Assembly (NCBI GenBank): GCA_964016885.1
Contig: OZ024751.1
Coordinates: 44,826,001-44,890,000, forward strand
DNA: 64,000 nucleotides
Direction of reading: 5' to 3'
DNA from: Eledone cirrhosa
Taxonomy: Eukaryota
The position numbers and the translations under genes are program-made. The notes below the pieces were generated by a model, which saw only the letters and a program-made list of their open reading frames with translations, was not told where the DNA came from and ran no database searches. Numbering within the stretch: the first letter of the stretch is position 1; every line of letters starts with the position of its first letter. Positions 46,213-59,034 of this stretch are shown here, in pieces.

Positions 46213-46258
<46 letters not shown>

Positions 46259-46268
46259 TATATATATA

Positions 46269-46398
<130 letters not shown>

Positions 46399-46406
46399 TA
46401 TATATA

Positions 46407-46507
<101 letters not shown>

Positions 46508-47169
46508 ATATATATATATATATATATATATAATTGTTTCTACGTTTTGGCACAAGGCCAGCAATTACGCCAGTGCATCACTGGTACTTTATTTTATCGA
46601 CCCCGTAAGGATGAAAGACAAAGTTAACCTCGGCGGGATTTGAACTCAGAATGGCAAGGGCCGTAACTCTATGCGTCAAAGCATGGCGTCCAACCTTCTA
46701 CCGATACAGCCAATCCAATCTACCTGACTTGCATCTGTATGCATGCATGTATATGTATGTATATATGTATTATCTATGTATGTATGTATGTATCTATGTA
46801 TGTATATGTTTTCTCTTTCTCTTAATTTCGAGTATATTTTTTTGACCGGCCACCTTCCTGGTGGCAAGGTTGTAAAAGAAAAGAAATTGTCATCCCTTGA
46901 ATCGCAAGAATGTTTTGCATATTTTGAAGGTGTATATGTATGTATCTATGTATGTATGTATGTATCTATGTATGTATGTATGTATATGTATGTATGTACA
47001 TGTGGAGGTGTTTGGACACAAACACGGTTTAGTGATTATGTAAATTGTTTCGTAATAGTCCGGCTCGTTTATCGATGCTAGGGTTCGGTATTGGGACAAC
47101 TCTTTATGTTTACCCTCGACTGGAGTTGACGGAAACCTTGTATAGGGAAACTAGATAGCATTAGACGAA

Positions 47170-47600
47170 CTGTGCTTTGTGGAGAGTGAGAAGACCAACC
47201 AAGAGAACCAATTAGATTCTTTTGACACTAAATGCCTAGGCAAAATCTTTGGCATTAGGTCCAAAAAAAAAGTCCTTCAACGAACCCACCAACAACGACT
47301 ATCTATCATCATGCGCAAGCGTCAACATGGCTGGTTGGGACACATCACACGAATTCCAGGTTGGGACACATCACACGAATTCCAAGTGAGACACTTGCCA
47401 ATCAAGTCCTGTGTTGGAACCCCTATAATGGAAAGAGGCGAAGAGGACGTCCCAAGACAAATTGGCGGCAAACAATCAACAGAGACCTGAAACCCGTCCA
47501 CAAAAGTTGGAACGATGTATTTCTAGATACAACAGACTGTGGTCATTGAAGCACTATGGCTGCCTCAGGCGCCATGAGACGTGCGAGATTCTAAATACAA
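47170..47600 (+). pseudogene. RTE-clade LINE 3' fragment, frameshifted
   Basis: LDSFDTKCLGKIFGI, RKRQHGWLGHITR, QVLCWNPYNGKRRRGRPKTNW. Confidence 0.8.
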
Positions 47601-47661
47601 GTATGGTCAGCTTTTTATACTCAGTCACGCTGACCTGATCTGAAAATGACGTTAAATTCAC

Positions 47662-48179
47662 AACCATATACTCTATAATTCAACCATATACTCTATAATT
47701 CCACCATATACTCCATAATTCAACCATATACTCTATAATTCAACCATATACTCCATAATTCAACCATATACTCTATAATTCCACCATATACTCCATAATT
47801 CAACCATATACTCTATAATTCCACCATATACTCTATAATTCAACCATATACTCTATAATTCCACCATATACTCCATAATTCAACCATATACTCTATAATT
47901 CCACCATATACTCTATAATTCAACCATATACTCTATAATTCCACCATATACTCCATAATTCAACCATATACTCTATAATTCCACCATATACTCTATAATT
48001 CCACCATATACTCTATAATTCAACCATATCCTCCATAATTCAACCATATACTCTATAATTCAACCATATACTCTATAATTCAACCATATACTCTATAATT
48101 CCACCATATACTCCATAATTCAACCATATACTCTATAATTCAACCATATACTCTATAATTCAACATACTCTATAATTCA
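47662..48179. repeat. 20-bp minisatellite, ~26 copies
   Basis: Unit caaccatatactctataatt. Confidence 0.95.
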
Positions 48180-48635
48180 ATAAGTAGGCAACTCAATTAA
48201 TCTAAATGCTGGTACAGCCATTGTCGATACCGACGGAGATCCACGTATTATGTGGACGTAGATAACGATGAATGCGTATGTACATGTAAAAGTTGTATAG
48301 TTATATATCTTATGTAAGTGGAAGCATGCGTGTGTCTGTGTGTGTGTGTGTGTGTGTGTGAATTGATCGATATATGTGCATGCAAACATACTCACACGCG
48401 TGCACACATAATTACATAGCTATATATTTAGATAGATAGATAGATAGATAAATAAATAGATAGATATATAGATAGATAAATAGATAGAGAGATAGATAAA
48501 TAAATAGATAGATAGATAGAGAGATAGAGAGATAGATAGGTAGATAGATATAGGTGTGTAGGTAGGCATTGTAAATAATTCGTATATAAGTTTTGTACAT
48601 GTATTATTAAGAATTTGCTGTTTCATTGCTTTTTG

Positions 48636-48668
<33 letters not shown>

Positions 48669-49094
48669 TATATATCTTTATTATATCTTTTATTATGTAT
48701 TTTATATTTAATATATTTGAATAAATAAAAGGTGGTGGATTTGTAAAATTGGTGGAGCATAGAATAAAATGTTATTGCGGATTTCTCCTGCCTTCTTTCA
48801 TTCTGAGTTCAAATCCCAGCGTGTTCAATTTTATCTTTCATCCTTCCAAGGCCGATAAAACACAATACCAGTTAAGTACTGGGTTGGTTTAATGAACTTT
48901 GTTCTTTCCCTTAAAATTTGCTGGTCTTGTTTCTAAATTATAAAACAATATATTATATATAAATAAATACTCTATCCAAAATATCTCTTGTTTTATTTAG
49001 TGTTTTATACAATTTTAGGGTGATACAGATTGTCCATATCATCCCCTGTGTGCCACGATGTGGAAGTCGGACCTTCGTAAAGATCCGTCTCTTC

Positions 49095-49425
49095 GTTGTT
49101 ACAGTGGAGTCTGTGCTGACCAAGAAACTCACTTAGATGGTGGATGGGTGCTACACGAGAATGCTGAAGATGGTTCTGAACATTAATCAGTATACACTGA
49201 GGATGAAAAACTCAGAGCTGTACAGTTGACACTACACTGAGTGCTCCTGTTGGAGCCCCTGCATGGACACACTGGAAGAGGGAGAGAGAGATTGACATAT
49301 GTTGATGCCCTAAAGATAGACACTGGTCTCTTGGAGACGCAGGACATGGCAACGATGATGAGGGACAGAGACCGCTGGAGAGAACTCGTACATGGATCTC
49401 GAGGACTTTACCCGCCCTAGATAGA
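49095..49425 (+). pseudogene. Degraded RTE-like LINE 3' fragment
   Basis: Translates to VDGCYTRMLKMVLNI...NSELY, typical of RTE C-terminal regions. Confidence 0.55.
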
Positions 49426-50707
49426 TAAAGTGTCCATAAAATAATGTCATGAATGCCACAGCAAAATAATGTTCTGAATTTCGTCCTGAAGGTATTTTCA
49501 TTTTGAAAAGCCTGCACCAATTAAACTCTAATGCAGCGAATTAGTAGAGTTGTTAGAGCATCGGATAGAATCTTTTGTGGCAATCGTTCCGGTTCTCTAC
49601 TCTCTCAGTTCAAATCCCATCGAGGTCAACTTTGCTTTTCATCCATTCGAGGCTGATAAAAAATTACCAGTTAAATACTGAGGTCGATTCTCCCTCTATA
49701 TCTCTTTTTCACTTCAATTCGCTCACTCTCGTTATCCTTCTCTGAGAAAAATCTGTGGCATTCAGGCCTGGAGAGCGATGGACTCCACCAGGTTTTAAAA
49801 TTCCCTAGAAACGCCGTAGACATACGGCGCCCCAACGTCACCCTCGGGAGCTACGGGATCATAACATAATAAAAGAAATTAAACTTTGCATAGCATGGGC
49901 AACCCTTTTCGAGCATTAGGCAGCAAGAAAAAGGGCATATCATATTTTGGGCCGCACTACTAAAAATAATCGAGGTCATTTTTCGTTGAAGTACCTCTGC
50001 TTCCCTCAAACCTCTTTCAGTCATTCCGACTCGTGCGACACATTCCTGCAGATGACCAACTTCACCCTGATAGTAGCAAGTGGGGAAGTGGTTCGAGAAC
50101 GTCTCCACCACTTTAGGTTCAACGACAAACCTGTCGGAAAGTGGACAATATTTTAACAATCTTCGATCTTCAACTTACAGCTGACAACGAAACCTGAGTT
50201 TGAGGTTAAATTCATCAGGTTTCTGTTGGGTAAAAATTTCTGGTCCGATCTCACTACGTGTTAGCATTGTTTAGTCTATCTCTTTTCATATGATCGCCTT
50301 AGCAATACCTAAAGCAAGAATTCACAAGAGTGCTCCATAAACAGATCTATAGAGCACTCTATTGGTTGTAGTGTTTCTAAATTTTAAATTTAGTATTAAT
50401 ATAGTATCCTGTGCGAATTTTAGACACGTTGGAATATTACTTTAGTGTGACGACAGAAACACACAGTGTCGGTTTTATTCTTGCTTCGCTTCGTTTACCT
50501 TTTGATAAGCATCAATGCTCAGTAAATTGCAATAAGATTATTAAAGCTTCAGCGTAAATAACGAAAACAATGTGACATAGAATAAGACATACAGTGACAC
50601 ATATCAAAATAAATATAAATATTACTATACTATAATATTTACGCTCTAAATTCTATACTTTTATAGGTATTTACTGATGTCGTTCATAAACTGTATCTTA
50701 AAACACT

Positions 50708-51246
50708 TGGCAGTATCGGTAGAGGGTCGGACGCCATGCTTTCCAGCATAGTCACGTCCCTTTACGATCTGAGTTCAAATCCCGCCGAGGTTGACTTTGC
50801 CTTTCATCCTTACTGGGTCGATAAAATAAAGTACCAGTAATGCACTGGGTAATTGCTGGCATTGTGCCTAAAGTAGAAACAATTATTTGGCAGTATTGGT
50901 AGAGGGTCGGACGCCATGCTTTCCAGCATAGTTACGTCCCTTTACGATCTGAGTTCAAATCCCGCCGAGGTTGACTTTGCCTTTCATCCTTACTGGGTCG
51001 ATAAAATAAAGTACCAGTAATGCACTGGGTAATTGCTGGCATTGTGCCTAAAGTAGAAACAATTATTTGGCAGTATCGGTAGAGGGTCGGACGCCATGCT
51101 TTCCAGCATAGTTACGTCCATTTACGATCTGAGTTCAAATCCCGCCGAGGTTGACTTTGCCTTTCATCCTTACGGGGTCGATAAAATAAAGTACCAGTAA
51201 TGCACTGGGTAATTGCTGGCATTGTGCCTAAAGTAGAAACAATTAT
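50708..51246 (+). mobile_element. Three tandem SINE copies, 180-bp period
   Basis: Near-identical units starting 'ttggcagtat' at 50708, 50888 and 51068. Confidence 0.92.
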
Positions 51247-51516
51247 TTAATATATCTATTCATTTGTATGTTCTCCAAAACGATTCTAGATCTAAAGCTT
51301 AATGCTAATTGAGTATCTTGTATGAAGTATAGACAGATAGAAACGTTACAACTAGAGCGTATATGACTAATAACTGTATTTACTATAGTATTTCTCCTGC
51401 TGGTGAATACTATATAAGGTAGGAAAGTTAAGATTGAGTCGGGACTCACACATACACACATATATATCTATATATAAATATATATTTACACACATACACC
51501 CACACACCCACATAAA

Positions 51517-51561
<45 letters not shown>

Positions 51562-51645
51562 AGTTTATCCCGGGTTCAATCGGGGGTAACCACAGTAAGT
51601 AAGGTACTCAATACAAAGCAGAGTATAAATATCGAATATAGAAAA

Positions 51646-51692
51646 GGCATCTACAGGACTAGGACTGTTTCATTCCGGAGAAATCATCAGGA
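51646..51692 (-). ncRNA. Family A hammerhead (stem I cut short by the inversion junction)
   Basis: CUGAUGA u uuc-uccg-gaa u GAAA cag-uccuaguc-cug UA gaugcc. Confidence 0.68.
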
Positions 51693-51731
51693 GCTTACTT
51701 ATGAAACAGTCCTAGTCCTGTAGAAGCCTTT

Positions 51732-51866
<135 letters not shown>

Positions 51867-52253
51867 ATGAGAAGAAAGAGGAATACTGCGTGGTTGCACA
51901 TGGGTTACATATGATAAAAATAGTCCTTCGTCAGTGATTTCCCAACCATCATTGGTATTTCATCGCATTAAAAATCAGATACCTCAGGTTGGTGCGAGCA
52001 ATAATCTAAAAAAAGTTATTGGGACCAGTAATCACGTAAAGCCAGGGGGACAAGTGAACAACATAGAAGGATAAAAACAAACAAAAGAAAGGAAATAAAC
52101 ATATATATATATATATAGGGGTCTGATGGTATAGCATTGCATATCCATTAAAGATTGCTTTCGAAGATCTGCAGCAAGAAACACCTCGTTTTGACACAAA
52201 TTCTGTATAAATGGATTGTAACATTGACGTGTACCACCTTGCATTATATACCT

Positions 52254-52311
<58 letters not shown>

Positions 52312-52434
52312 GATAAGAAATTATCGTTATAGGTAATCCAGTTAGAGGTTGTGATTACTCAGTATTGTGGATAGTTTTAACGTACGGCGTTGTTTAACTC
52401 AACAAGAGGTTTCCTTAATTAGGTGGTGTATATA

Positions 52435-52540
<106 letters not shown>

Positions 52541-52813
52541 AATGTAAGTATGTATGTATACGTACATACATATATGTATACAGACGTACAGTAGCATGCA
52601 TATACATATATATATATATATATACATATATATACATACATATACATACACACATGCACACAGGTACACATACATATATGCACGCATCAGTTTAGCCGAC
52701 GTTTATTATAACGCAGCTTTGTTCGTTTGTTTGTCAACAAACCGAACAGCCTGAATTTATGCCATACGGTGTTAAGGCAACCACGTCACCTTTTTGTTCA
52801 ACACTGACACAGG

Positions 52814-52858
52814 AACGATGTACTAGTTTCAAGCTTGTTAGCTATCATCAGCACCGTT
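52814..52858 (-). ncRNA. Type I hammerhead ribozyme (inverted copy of 53128-53172)
   Basis: Reverse complement of the + copy. Confidence 0.88.
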
Positions 52859-53127
52859 TACCCATCTGCCAGATAGTTGAACGTTCGAAAGTATATACTT
52901 TCCTTATGAAAATTAACGGCTGAGCAGCCTAATTTGCATATTGAGTGAGTTAAATCGGTCAGGCATACCGAAAACGATAAGTTGAAAAAAAATGAAAACG
53001 AAATTTAATTTCTCACTCTTAGTATGGCACTTACTTAAATGTAAGTATGCAAATTAGGCTGCTCAGCCGTTAATTTTCATAAGGAAAGTATATACTTTCG
53101 AACGTTCAACTATCTGGCAGATGGGTA

Positions 53128-53172
53128 AACGGTGCTGATGATAGCTAACAAGCTTGAAACTAGTACATCGTT
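53128..53172 (+). ncRNA. Type I hammerhead ribozyme
   Basis: aacggug CUGAUGA u agcu-aaca-agcu u GAAA cuag UA caucguu: 7-bp stem I, palindromic minimal stem III, GUA triplet. Confidence 0.88.
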
Positions 53173-53355
53173 CCTGTGTCAGTGTTGAACAAAAAGGTGA
53201 CGTGGTTGCCTTAACACCGTATGGCATAAATTCAGGCTGTTCGGTTTGTTGACAAACAAACGAACAAAGCTGCGTTATAATAAACGTCGGCTAAACTGAT
53301 GCGTGCATATATGTATGTGTACCTGTGTGCATGTGTGTATGTATATGTATGTATA

Positions 53356-53412
<57 letters not shown>

Positions 53413-53529
53413 GCATGCTACTGTACGTCTGTATACATATATGTATGTACGTATACATACATACTTACATTTAAGTAAGTGCCATACTAAGAGTGAGAAA
53501 TGAAATTTCGTTTTCATTTTTTTTCAACT

Positions 53530-53686
<157 letters not shown>

Positions 53687-54152
53687 TTCGTTTCTGAATT
53701 TGTTTAGCAAGATTCTTTATCTGAAATCGTGTGTTGAAACCGATATTGTTATACTTTGGGAGGGTCATGTTGCCAATATGAAACACACGCACCAGTTGCT
53801 TTCACTTCAATTTATTATATATTTATAAATTTATAAATTTACAAATCTACAAACTTATAAATTTCTGGTTGGTTGGTTGGTTCCACAACCAGATAGTTGT
53901 TTATATATAGTCATAGTCCTTTCGTCACATACTCTGTGACCTCTTCCCCAGTCACTGAAGAGGTCACAGAGTGTGTGACGAAAGGACTATGACTATATAT
54001 AAACAACTATCTGGTTGTGGAACCAACCAACCAACCAGAAATTTATAAGTTTGTAGATTTGTAAATTTATAAATTTATAAATATATAATAAATTGAAGTG
54101 AAAGCAACTGGTGCGTGTGTTTCTTATTGGCAACATGACCCTCCCAAAGTAT

Positions 54153-54160
<8 letters not shown>
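53687..54160. mobile_element. Palindromic pLTR-only PLE insertion related to the 54.8-57.5 kb element
   Basis: Inverted arms 53743-53946 and 53956-54160, left tail 53687-53742. The end 'gaaatcgtgtgttgaaaccgatattgttatactttgggagggtcat' is homologous to the reverse complement of 57405-57452. Confidence 0.82.
53950..53994 (+). ncRNA. Type I minimal hammerhead ribozyme
   Basis: aguca CUGAAGA g gucaca-gagug-ugugac GAAA ggac UA ugacu. Confidence 0.8.
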
Positions 54161-54234
<74 letters not shown>

Positions 54235-54240
<6 letters not shown>

Positions 54241-54393
54241 AAGAAGAAATTAAAAGATCGTTTAAAGAGTTCCATATATTTTATTAACCATCTTTTAATT
54301 TCTTCTTTATTATATATACTCCAGTTCTACCAACTGTTGAGTGCTACTTATCTGATATAGGCATAGTTTTATTGTTCCACAATATTACTCACC

Positions 54394-54397
<4 letters not shown>
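54235..54397. mobile_element. Short palindromic element with tail, no hammerhead retained
   Basis: ataataaagaagaaattaaaagat / atcttttaatttcttctttattat inverted pair, tail with ttgagtgct, (TA)n flanks. Confidence 0.6.
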
Positions 54398-54436
<39 letters not shown>

Positions 54437-54439
<3 letters not shown>

Positions 54440-54768
54440 GATATTAACAAATGGAAATTATATTTATAAAACCATATTTATTTCATTATACATATTTCAA
54501 GGACACCAAGTTAAATTATGGTGTGCTTTCATCAGATAAAATATAATATAGACCAGTTTTATAAATAAATATTGACATACCCTTAAATAATGCAACCATA
54601 ATTTAACTTGGTGTCCTTGAAATATGTATAATGAAATAAATATGGTTTTATAAATATAATTTCCATTTGTTAATATCGTATTTTTACTCCAAATATTTGT
54701 TGAGTGCTTTATATCAGTTATAAAAATATTTGCTTGTTGTATCCCAACAATTTAAATAGAACTTTTAC
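54437..54768. mobile_element. Family D-related palindromic element
   Basis: 54437-54521 is inverted at 54596-54680, followed by a tail to 54768. (TA)n flanks. Confidence 0.78.
54480..54542 (-). ncRNA. Type I hammerhead, family D-related
   Basis: auuuuau CUGAUGA aag c acacca-uaauuuaacu-uggugu c cuu GAAA uaugua UA augaaau. Confidence 0.78.
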
Positions 54769-54997
54769 ATATATATATATATATATATTGTTATATTTGG
54801 GGAGGGTCATATTTGCGTAATATTGCCAGAATTAATAACAGAACACACTCACTGTTTGGTTGGTTTTCGCTTCTCGCTGTCTTTTATATATATATATCTG
54901 CGATCTAACTTACTCGGTCCTCAATGTTGCCATTGACTGACCGGCGGTCAAAAATAATACAGATACAATATAGACAAACACATATATATATAGTTTA

Positions 54998-55035
54998 CAT
55001 AAATCTTTCGTTGCACATCTGCAACATCGTCAGTG
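54998..55035 (-). ncRNA. Hammerhead-like motif in PLE pLTR (mirror copy 57181-57218, +)
   Basis: CUGACGA u guugca-gaug-ugcaac GAAA gauu UA. Stem I is only ~2 bp (ca/ug). Confidence 0.6.
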
Positions 55036-55315
55036 GTGTTATATTCATTGTTCCTCCTGTTGTGTTGTATGTCTACGCCATTTTTTTTTTTTTGTTCAGT
55101 CTGTCTATATATTTATTTATTTATTTGCTTGTTTGTTTATCTTATTTTATTTTGTCTTCTTTGCGCATGCGTTTGCGTGTGTGTATAGTGTTATGTGTGA
55201 TGTGTGATGTGTGACTAGTGTGTATAGTGTTGTCTGCTGGGTGACTAGTGTGTGTTTATGTGCTTGTGTATGTATTTATTTATCTTATTTTATTTAATTT
55301 AATTTACTTATTTAT

Positions 55316-57172
55316 TTATACTTCTCTTAGGTCAGTGTTGTTTGTTTGGGTGTTGTTGTTGTTCCACTCATTCTTTCTGTTTAGCTTTGGTCTTCTAATT
55401 TCTATTTCACTGGCCTCTCTGATTTGCCTATCTGCTGGGTCATTCCTATGTTTAGATATTATTCTAATTTCTATGTTGTCTATGTTACCGTCATGATGTT
55501 GTCTAGCATGTTCGTATAGTACTGACCCGTTTTTTCGTCCTTTTAGTTCCCCCCAGTGTTGGTCTATCCTTTCACCTATGCTACGAGCTGTCTCACCTAT
55601 GTATGTTGTTGTCGTGTTTCTACAAGTACCCTCTGTACATCTTATGCTATAGACTACGTTTCTAGTTTTACAGTTTATCCGGGGGTTCACCTTACATATG
55701 ATACATTTCCTATTGGTACAGTGGGTTTTCTTAAAAGGGTAGGTTTTGCTGATCAGGGATTTTATGGTGGTTCCTGGCTTTTCTACCACCTTTATTTTTA
55801 AGTGGGTCTTTCTCAGGGCCTTTCTACACTGGTTAGCTAATTTCCCTCCAGGGGTGGCGTCCACAAACATGACACTCTGATATCTCTGGTTGTCGTACCA
55901 TGATGTGGTCTTCCCTATCTTATGTCTAGCCCTATCTAAGCTATTCCATGATTTGCTCCTGTATAGTGGGCAAATTCCTTTCATGTCCAGTTCTATGAGG
56001 GTCTTATACTTTTCCATGGCTCCTTCGTATACTCTGACTCTGTCTCTTTGGTTGTAGCCAGAGAACTGCATGCGGTTGATGAAGTGTTGGATGTGTCCTT
56101 CCATTTCTGTTGGGTCGCACATGCTGGACACATTCTTCATCACTCGTACCAAATCTGCGATCAGAATATTAAACTTAGCACTACTGGACATTGCTGAGTT
56201 TTTGAGTATCAGGTATTTGGAGGCCATGGGTTTAGCATAGTGTGAGTGGAGAATTTGGGCTCTCTCGTCTATAGTGTTAATCCAGAGTTCTGTGTCTAAT
56301 ACAGGTAGTCTATTGTTAGGGTGTTTGGAAGGGAAGTCTATAGTTACAGTTATACTCTGGTGTATGGAATTAGCTATCTGCTGGATGCTTTCCATCGTGC
56401 TACGTTCTAAATCAAACTTGTTAGTGCTCTCTAGTGGGGGTGTTCTTATAACTATATTGATATCGTCTACATAACGAGAGTACATGATGAGGTCTATGGA
56501 GCTTTCATTAAGGAGATCTTTAAGTCTCCTTTCCCACCATACCATGAAAAGGTTGGCAACATCGCCAGCTATGCTGACGCCGATGGCTGCTCCCTCATTT
56601 TGGGTGTAGATTTTCTCATTGAACTTAAATATGTGGCCCTTTAGGGTAGTTTTGATACTAGCCCCTATTGCATGTGCGACCATTTTTCTTACCTGATCAG
56701 TGTTTTGGGGGGTCCGTATAGCTTTGGTCCACCCAATCCACCTTCCTATGGGAGTCTTTTTAGCCATTGAGGTTATGGTGGGGGGTCTACCTCTTATAGG
56801 TCTACTAGGGCAGAAACATCTAAGGTCATGGCTGTCTAGGTAGTCAGTGTCGTAGGTAAGTCTAAGTAGGAGGCCCAGTTCGTCTGTGTCGACGTCGCAG
56901 AACTCCACCTCACTCTCAATGATCATCTCCACACATCTTTTCACAGCAAAATCAATGTTAATGGATGGGTACAGTGACACCACATCCATGCTGCCTATTA
57001 TGCAGTTGGATAGGCTCCTGTTTTTGTTGCACTCACTGATTCTGCTGAGGAGGTCCTCTGTACTTTCACATACATCTGGGGACATCTTGATTATGGGGCG
57101 TATAACCATTGAGAGGAAGTAGGAGATCCTGTAGTTGCTAGCTATATTAGCTCCGCATACAGGTCTTGTTGG
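55316..57172 (-). CDS. PLE reverse transcriptase + GIY-YIG endonuclease (N-terminally truncated, frame intact)
   Basis: RT motifs SMDVVSLYPSI, GAAIGVSIAGDVANLFM, YSRYVDDI. Cys-rich linker, then NVVYSIRC...TYIGETARSIGERIDQH and RQIREASEI. The first ~40 aa of the 658-aa track ORF come from the inverted pLTR. Confidence 0.93.
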   Translation of the reverse strand, partial: PTRPVCGANIASNYRISYFLSMVIRPIIKMSPDVCESTEDLLSRISECNKNRSLSNCIIGSMDVVSLYPSINIDFAVKRCVEMIIESEVEFCDVDTDELGLLLRLTYDTDYLDSHDLRCFCPSRPIRGRPPTITSMAKKTPIGRWIGWTKAIRTPQNTDQVRKMVAHAIGASIKTTLKGHIFKFNEKIYTQNEGAAIGVSIAGDVANLFMVWWERRLKDLLNESSIDLIMYSRYVDDINIVIRTPPLESTNKFDLERSTMESIQQIANSIHQSITVTIDFPSKHPNNRLPVLDTELWINTIDERAQILHSHYAKPMASKYLILKNSAMSSSAKFNILIADLVRVMKNVSSMCDPTEMEGHIQHFINRMQFSGYNQRDRVRVYEGAMEKYKTLIELDMKGICPLYRSKSWNSLDRARHKIGKTTSWYDNQRYQSVMFVDATPGGKLANQCRKALRKTHLKIKVVEKPGTTIKSLISKTYPFKKTHCTNRKCIICKVNPRINCKTRNVVYSIRCTEGTCRNTTTTYIGETARSIGERIDQHWGELKGRKNGSVLYEHARQHHDGNIDNIEIRIISKHRNDPADRQIREASEIEIRRPKLNRKNEWNNNNTQTNNTDLREV

Positions 57173-57486
57173 TATAACACCACTGACGATGTTGCAGATG
57201 TGCAACGAAAGATTTATGTAAACTATATATATATGTGTTTGTCTATATTGTATCTGTATTATTTTTGACCGCCGGTCAGTCAATGGCAACATTGAGGACC
57301 GAGTAAGTTAGATCGCAGATATATATATATAAAAGACAGCGAGAAGCGAAAACCAACCAAACAGTGAGTGTGTTCTGTTATTAATTCTGGCAATATTACG
57401 CAAATATGACCCTCCCCAAATATAACAATATCTGTTTCGACACACGATTTCATATAAAAAACCTCGCAAAACTAATTCATCGCCGC

Positions 57487-57518
<32 letters not shown>

Positions 57519-57922
57519 TATGTGTGTATGTGTATGTGTCTGTCTTCTTTCATTATAATCCTTACACTCTATAAGTTGAGTAACTTGTTTTACGTAATCA
57601 TTACGTAAAGCAATTAAAATAATATATACACATGTTCATATTCATGTATGTATAATCAGCACGAGGTGTGAGTGAGGACTTGCAATTATATGGAATGTAT
57701 GCGCGTAATTATGTGTGCCTGTATATGTGCGTGTGCGTGTGTATGTGCGTGTGCCTGGATGTGTGTTTGTGCCTACGTATATGCGAATGCGTGTATTTCG
57801 CAATAAATATATAAAAAAGCACGTGTCGAATGAATGGAATTGTATGATGGGCGGCAACCAGTGAACCGTCGAATATATACACACAGACACATATATATAT
57901 ATATACACACACACAGTATATA

Positions 57923-57994
<72 letters not shown>

Positions 57995-58101
57995 AAAATT
58001 GAACGGGAACAAAACAGAGAGGCAGTACGAACAAAGGTTTATTAATTTCACGCTCTTGAGAGTGGGGTGGTGGTATATATATATATATATATATATATTT
58101 C

Positions 58102-58595
58102 TTTAGGTTTGTTGGTTCACCACTGGATAGAACTGGTCATTCCGTGTGGTCAATCCTGGTGTAATATTGTGAAGAGTACTCAACGCAGTGCAGTTCACCC
58201 ATCTTCGTTTGTGTAGTTGGTGGTGCGAATACGGAGTTAATTATAAATGAAATAAAATAACAGGAGGCTGGACTGGTGTAAATCCTTGAAAGGTTTATTA
58301 TACTATGATCATTTCAATGACCGGGTTCCATATGAATCCGGTGATATCATCAGGTATTGGAATATAACAAAGTAATATGTAAAAAACCATGGGTCCGAAA
58401 AATCAGAGACAGAGAGAGAAAGGACGACTGACCAACTAGCTTCTCGGCCAGTCGCCCTCAAAATGGGCGACTATTGTTATATTCCAATACCTGATGATAT
58501 CACCGGATTCATATGGAATCCGGTCATTGAAATGATCATAGTATAATAAACCTTTCAAGGATTTACACCAGTCCAGCCTCCTGTTATTTTATTTC

Positions 58596-58601
<6 letters not shown>
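58102..58601. mobile_element. Family E palindromic hammerhead element
   Basis: Arms 58242-58369 and 58474-58601 are inverted, with a ~140-nt left tail. (TA)n flanks. Confidence 0.8.
58487..58544 (+). ncRNA. Type I hammerhead (mirror copy 58300-58357, -)
   Basis: auac CUGAUGA uauc accggauuc-auaug-gaauccggu cauu GAAA ugauca UA guau. Confidence 0.82.
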
Positions 58602-58632
<31 letters not shown>

Positions 58633-59034
58633 AGCTGGAGTAGAATTCTAAGAGCAGGAAAAATTGGAGGCAAAAAATAGATAATCATTGAGGAGGTCCT
58701 AGAAGGTGTGGCGAAAGAACTTAGAAATAAGAAATAAGAAATAAAGGCAGTTGAGATGCCTGTTTACAGTGTAGCTGTGGTAAAGAACACAACTACAAGA
58801 ATATGGTCCCAACGTGGACCTCTGTCGCCCTCCCCATATCTCTGTATGGTGAGCAAATGGAGCCCCACCTGTTGGCCTACTCACATCCTCGGCGGACAGG
58901 AATCTGGCTAACTAGACTCTATTAATATGGGAAATGAAATGAAACTTTTTGTTGACTGGAGAGGACGATGAAGGATAGGCAGACTAAAGATCTAAGCGGT
59001 ATGAAACCACCAACTCAACTATGCTAGTCATAAC

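Larger units (their letters stand above)
54787..57486 (-). mobile_element. Penelope-like element (PLE), 5'-truncated, with inverted pseudo-LTRs, inserted in (TA)n
   Basis: RT + GIY-YIG ORF on the minus strand. 54787-55043 is the reverse complement of 57173-57430, and the right copy carries ~56 nt extra tail (57431-57486). (TA)n on both sides. Confidence 0.93.

Noticed and set aside
49851-50159. Non-repetitive ORF or possible exon (also 30060-30175)
   Set aside because: No recognisable homology and only weak splice signals.
57173-57292. N-terminal 40 aa of the 658-aa ORF, and the ORF at 54924
   Set aside because: Antisense read-through of the inverted pLTR, not the true PLE N-terminus.
58866-58918. 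HDV-like motifs (tcctcg ... ctaa)
   Set aside because: P3 and P1.1 pairings could not be built. The 5' end of the RTE-derived element also failed the HDV topology.
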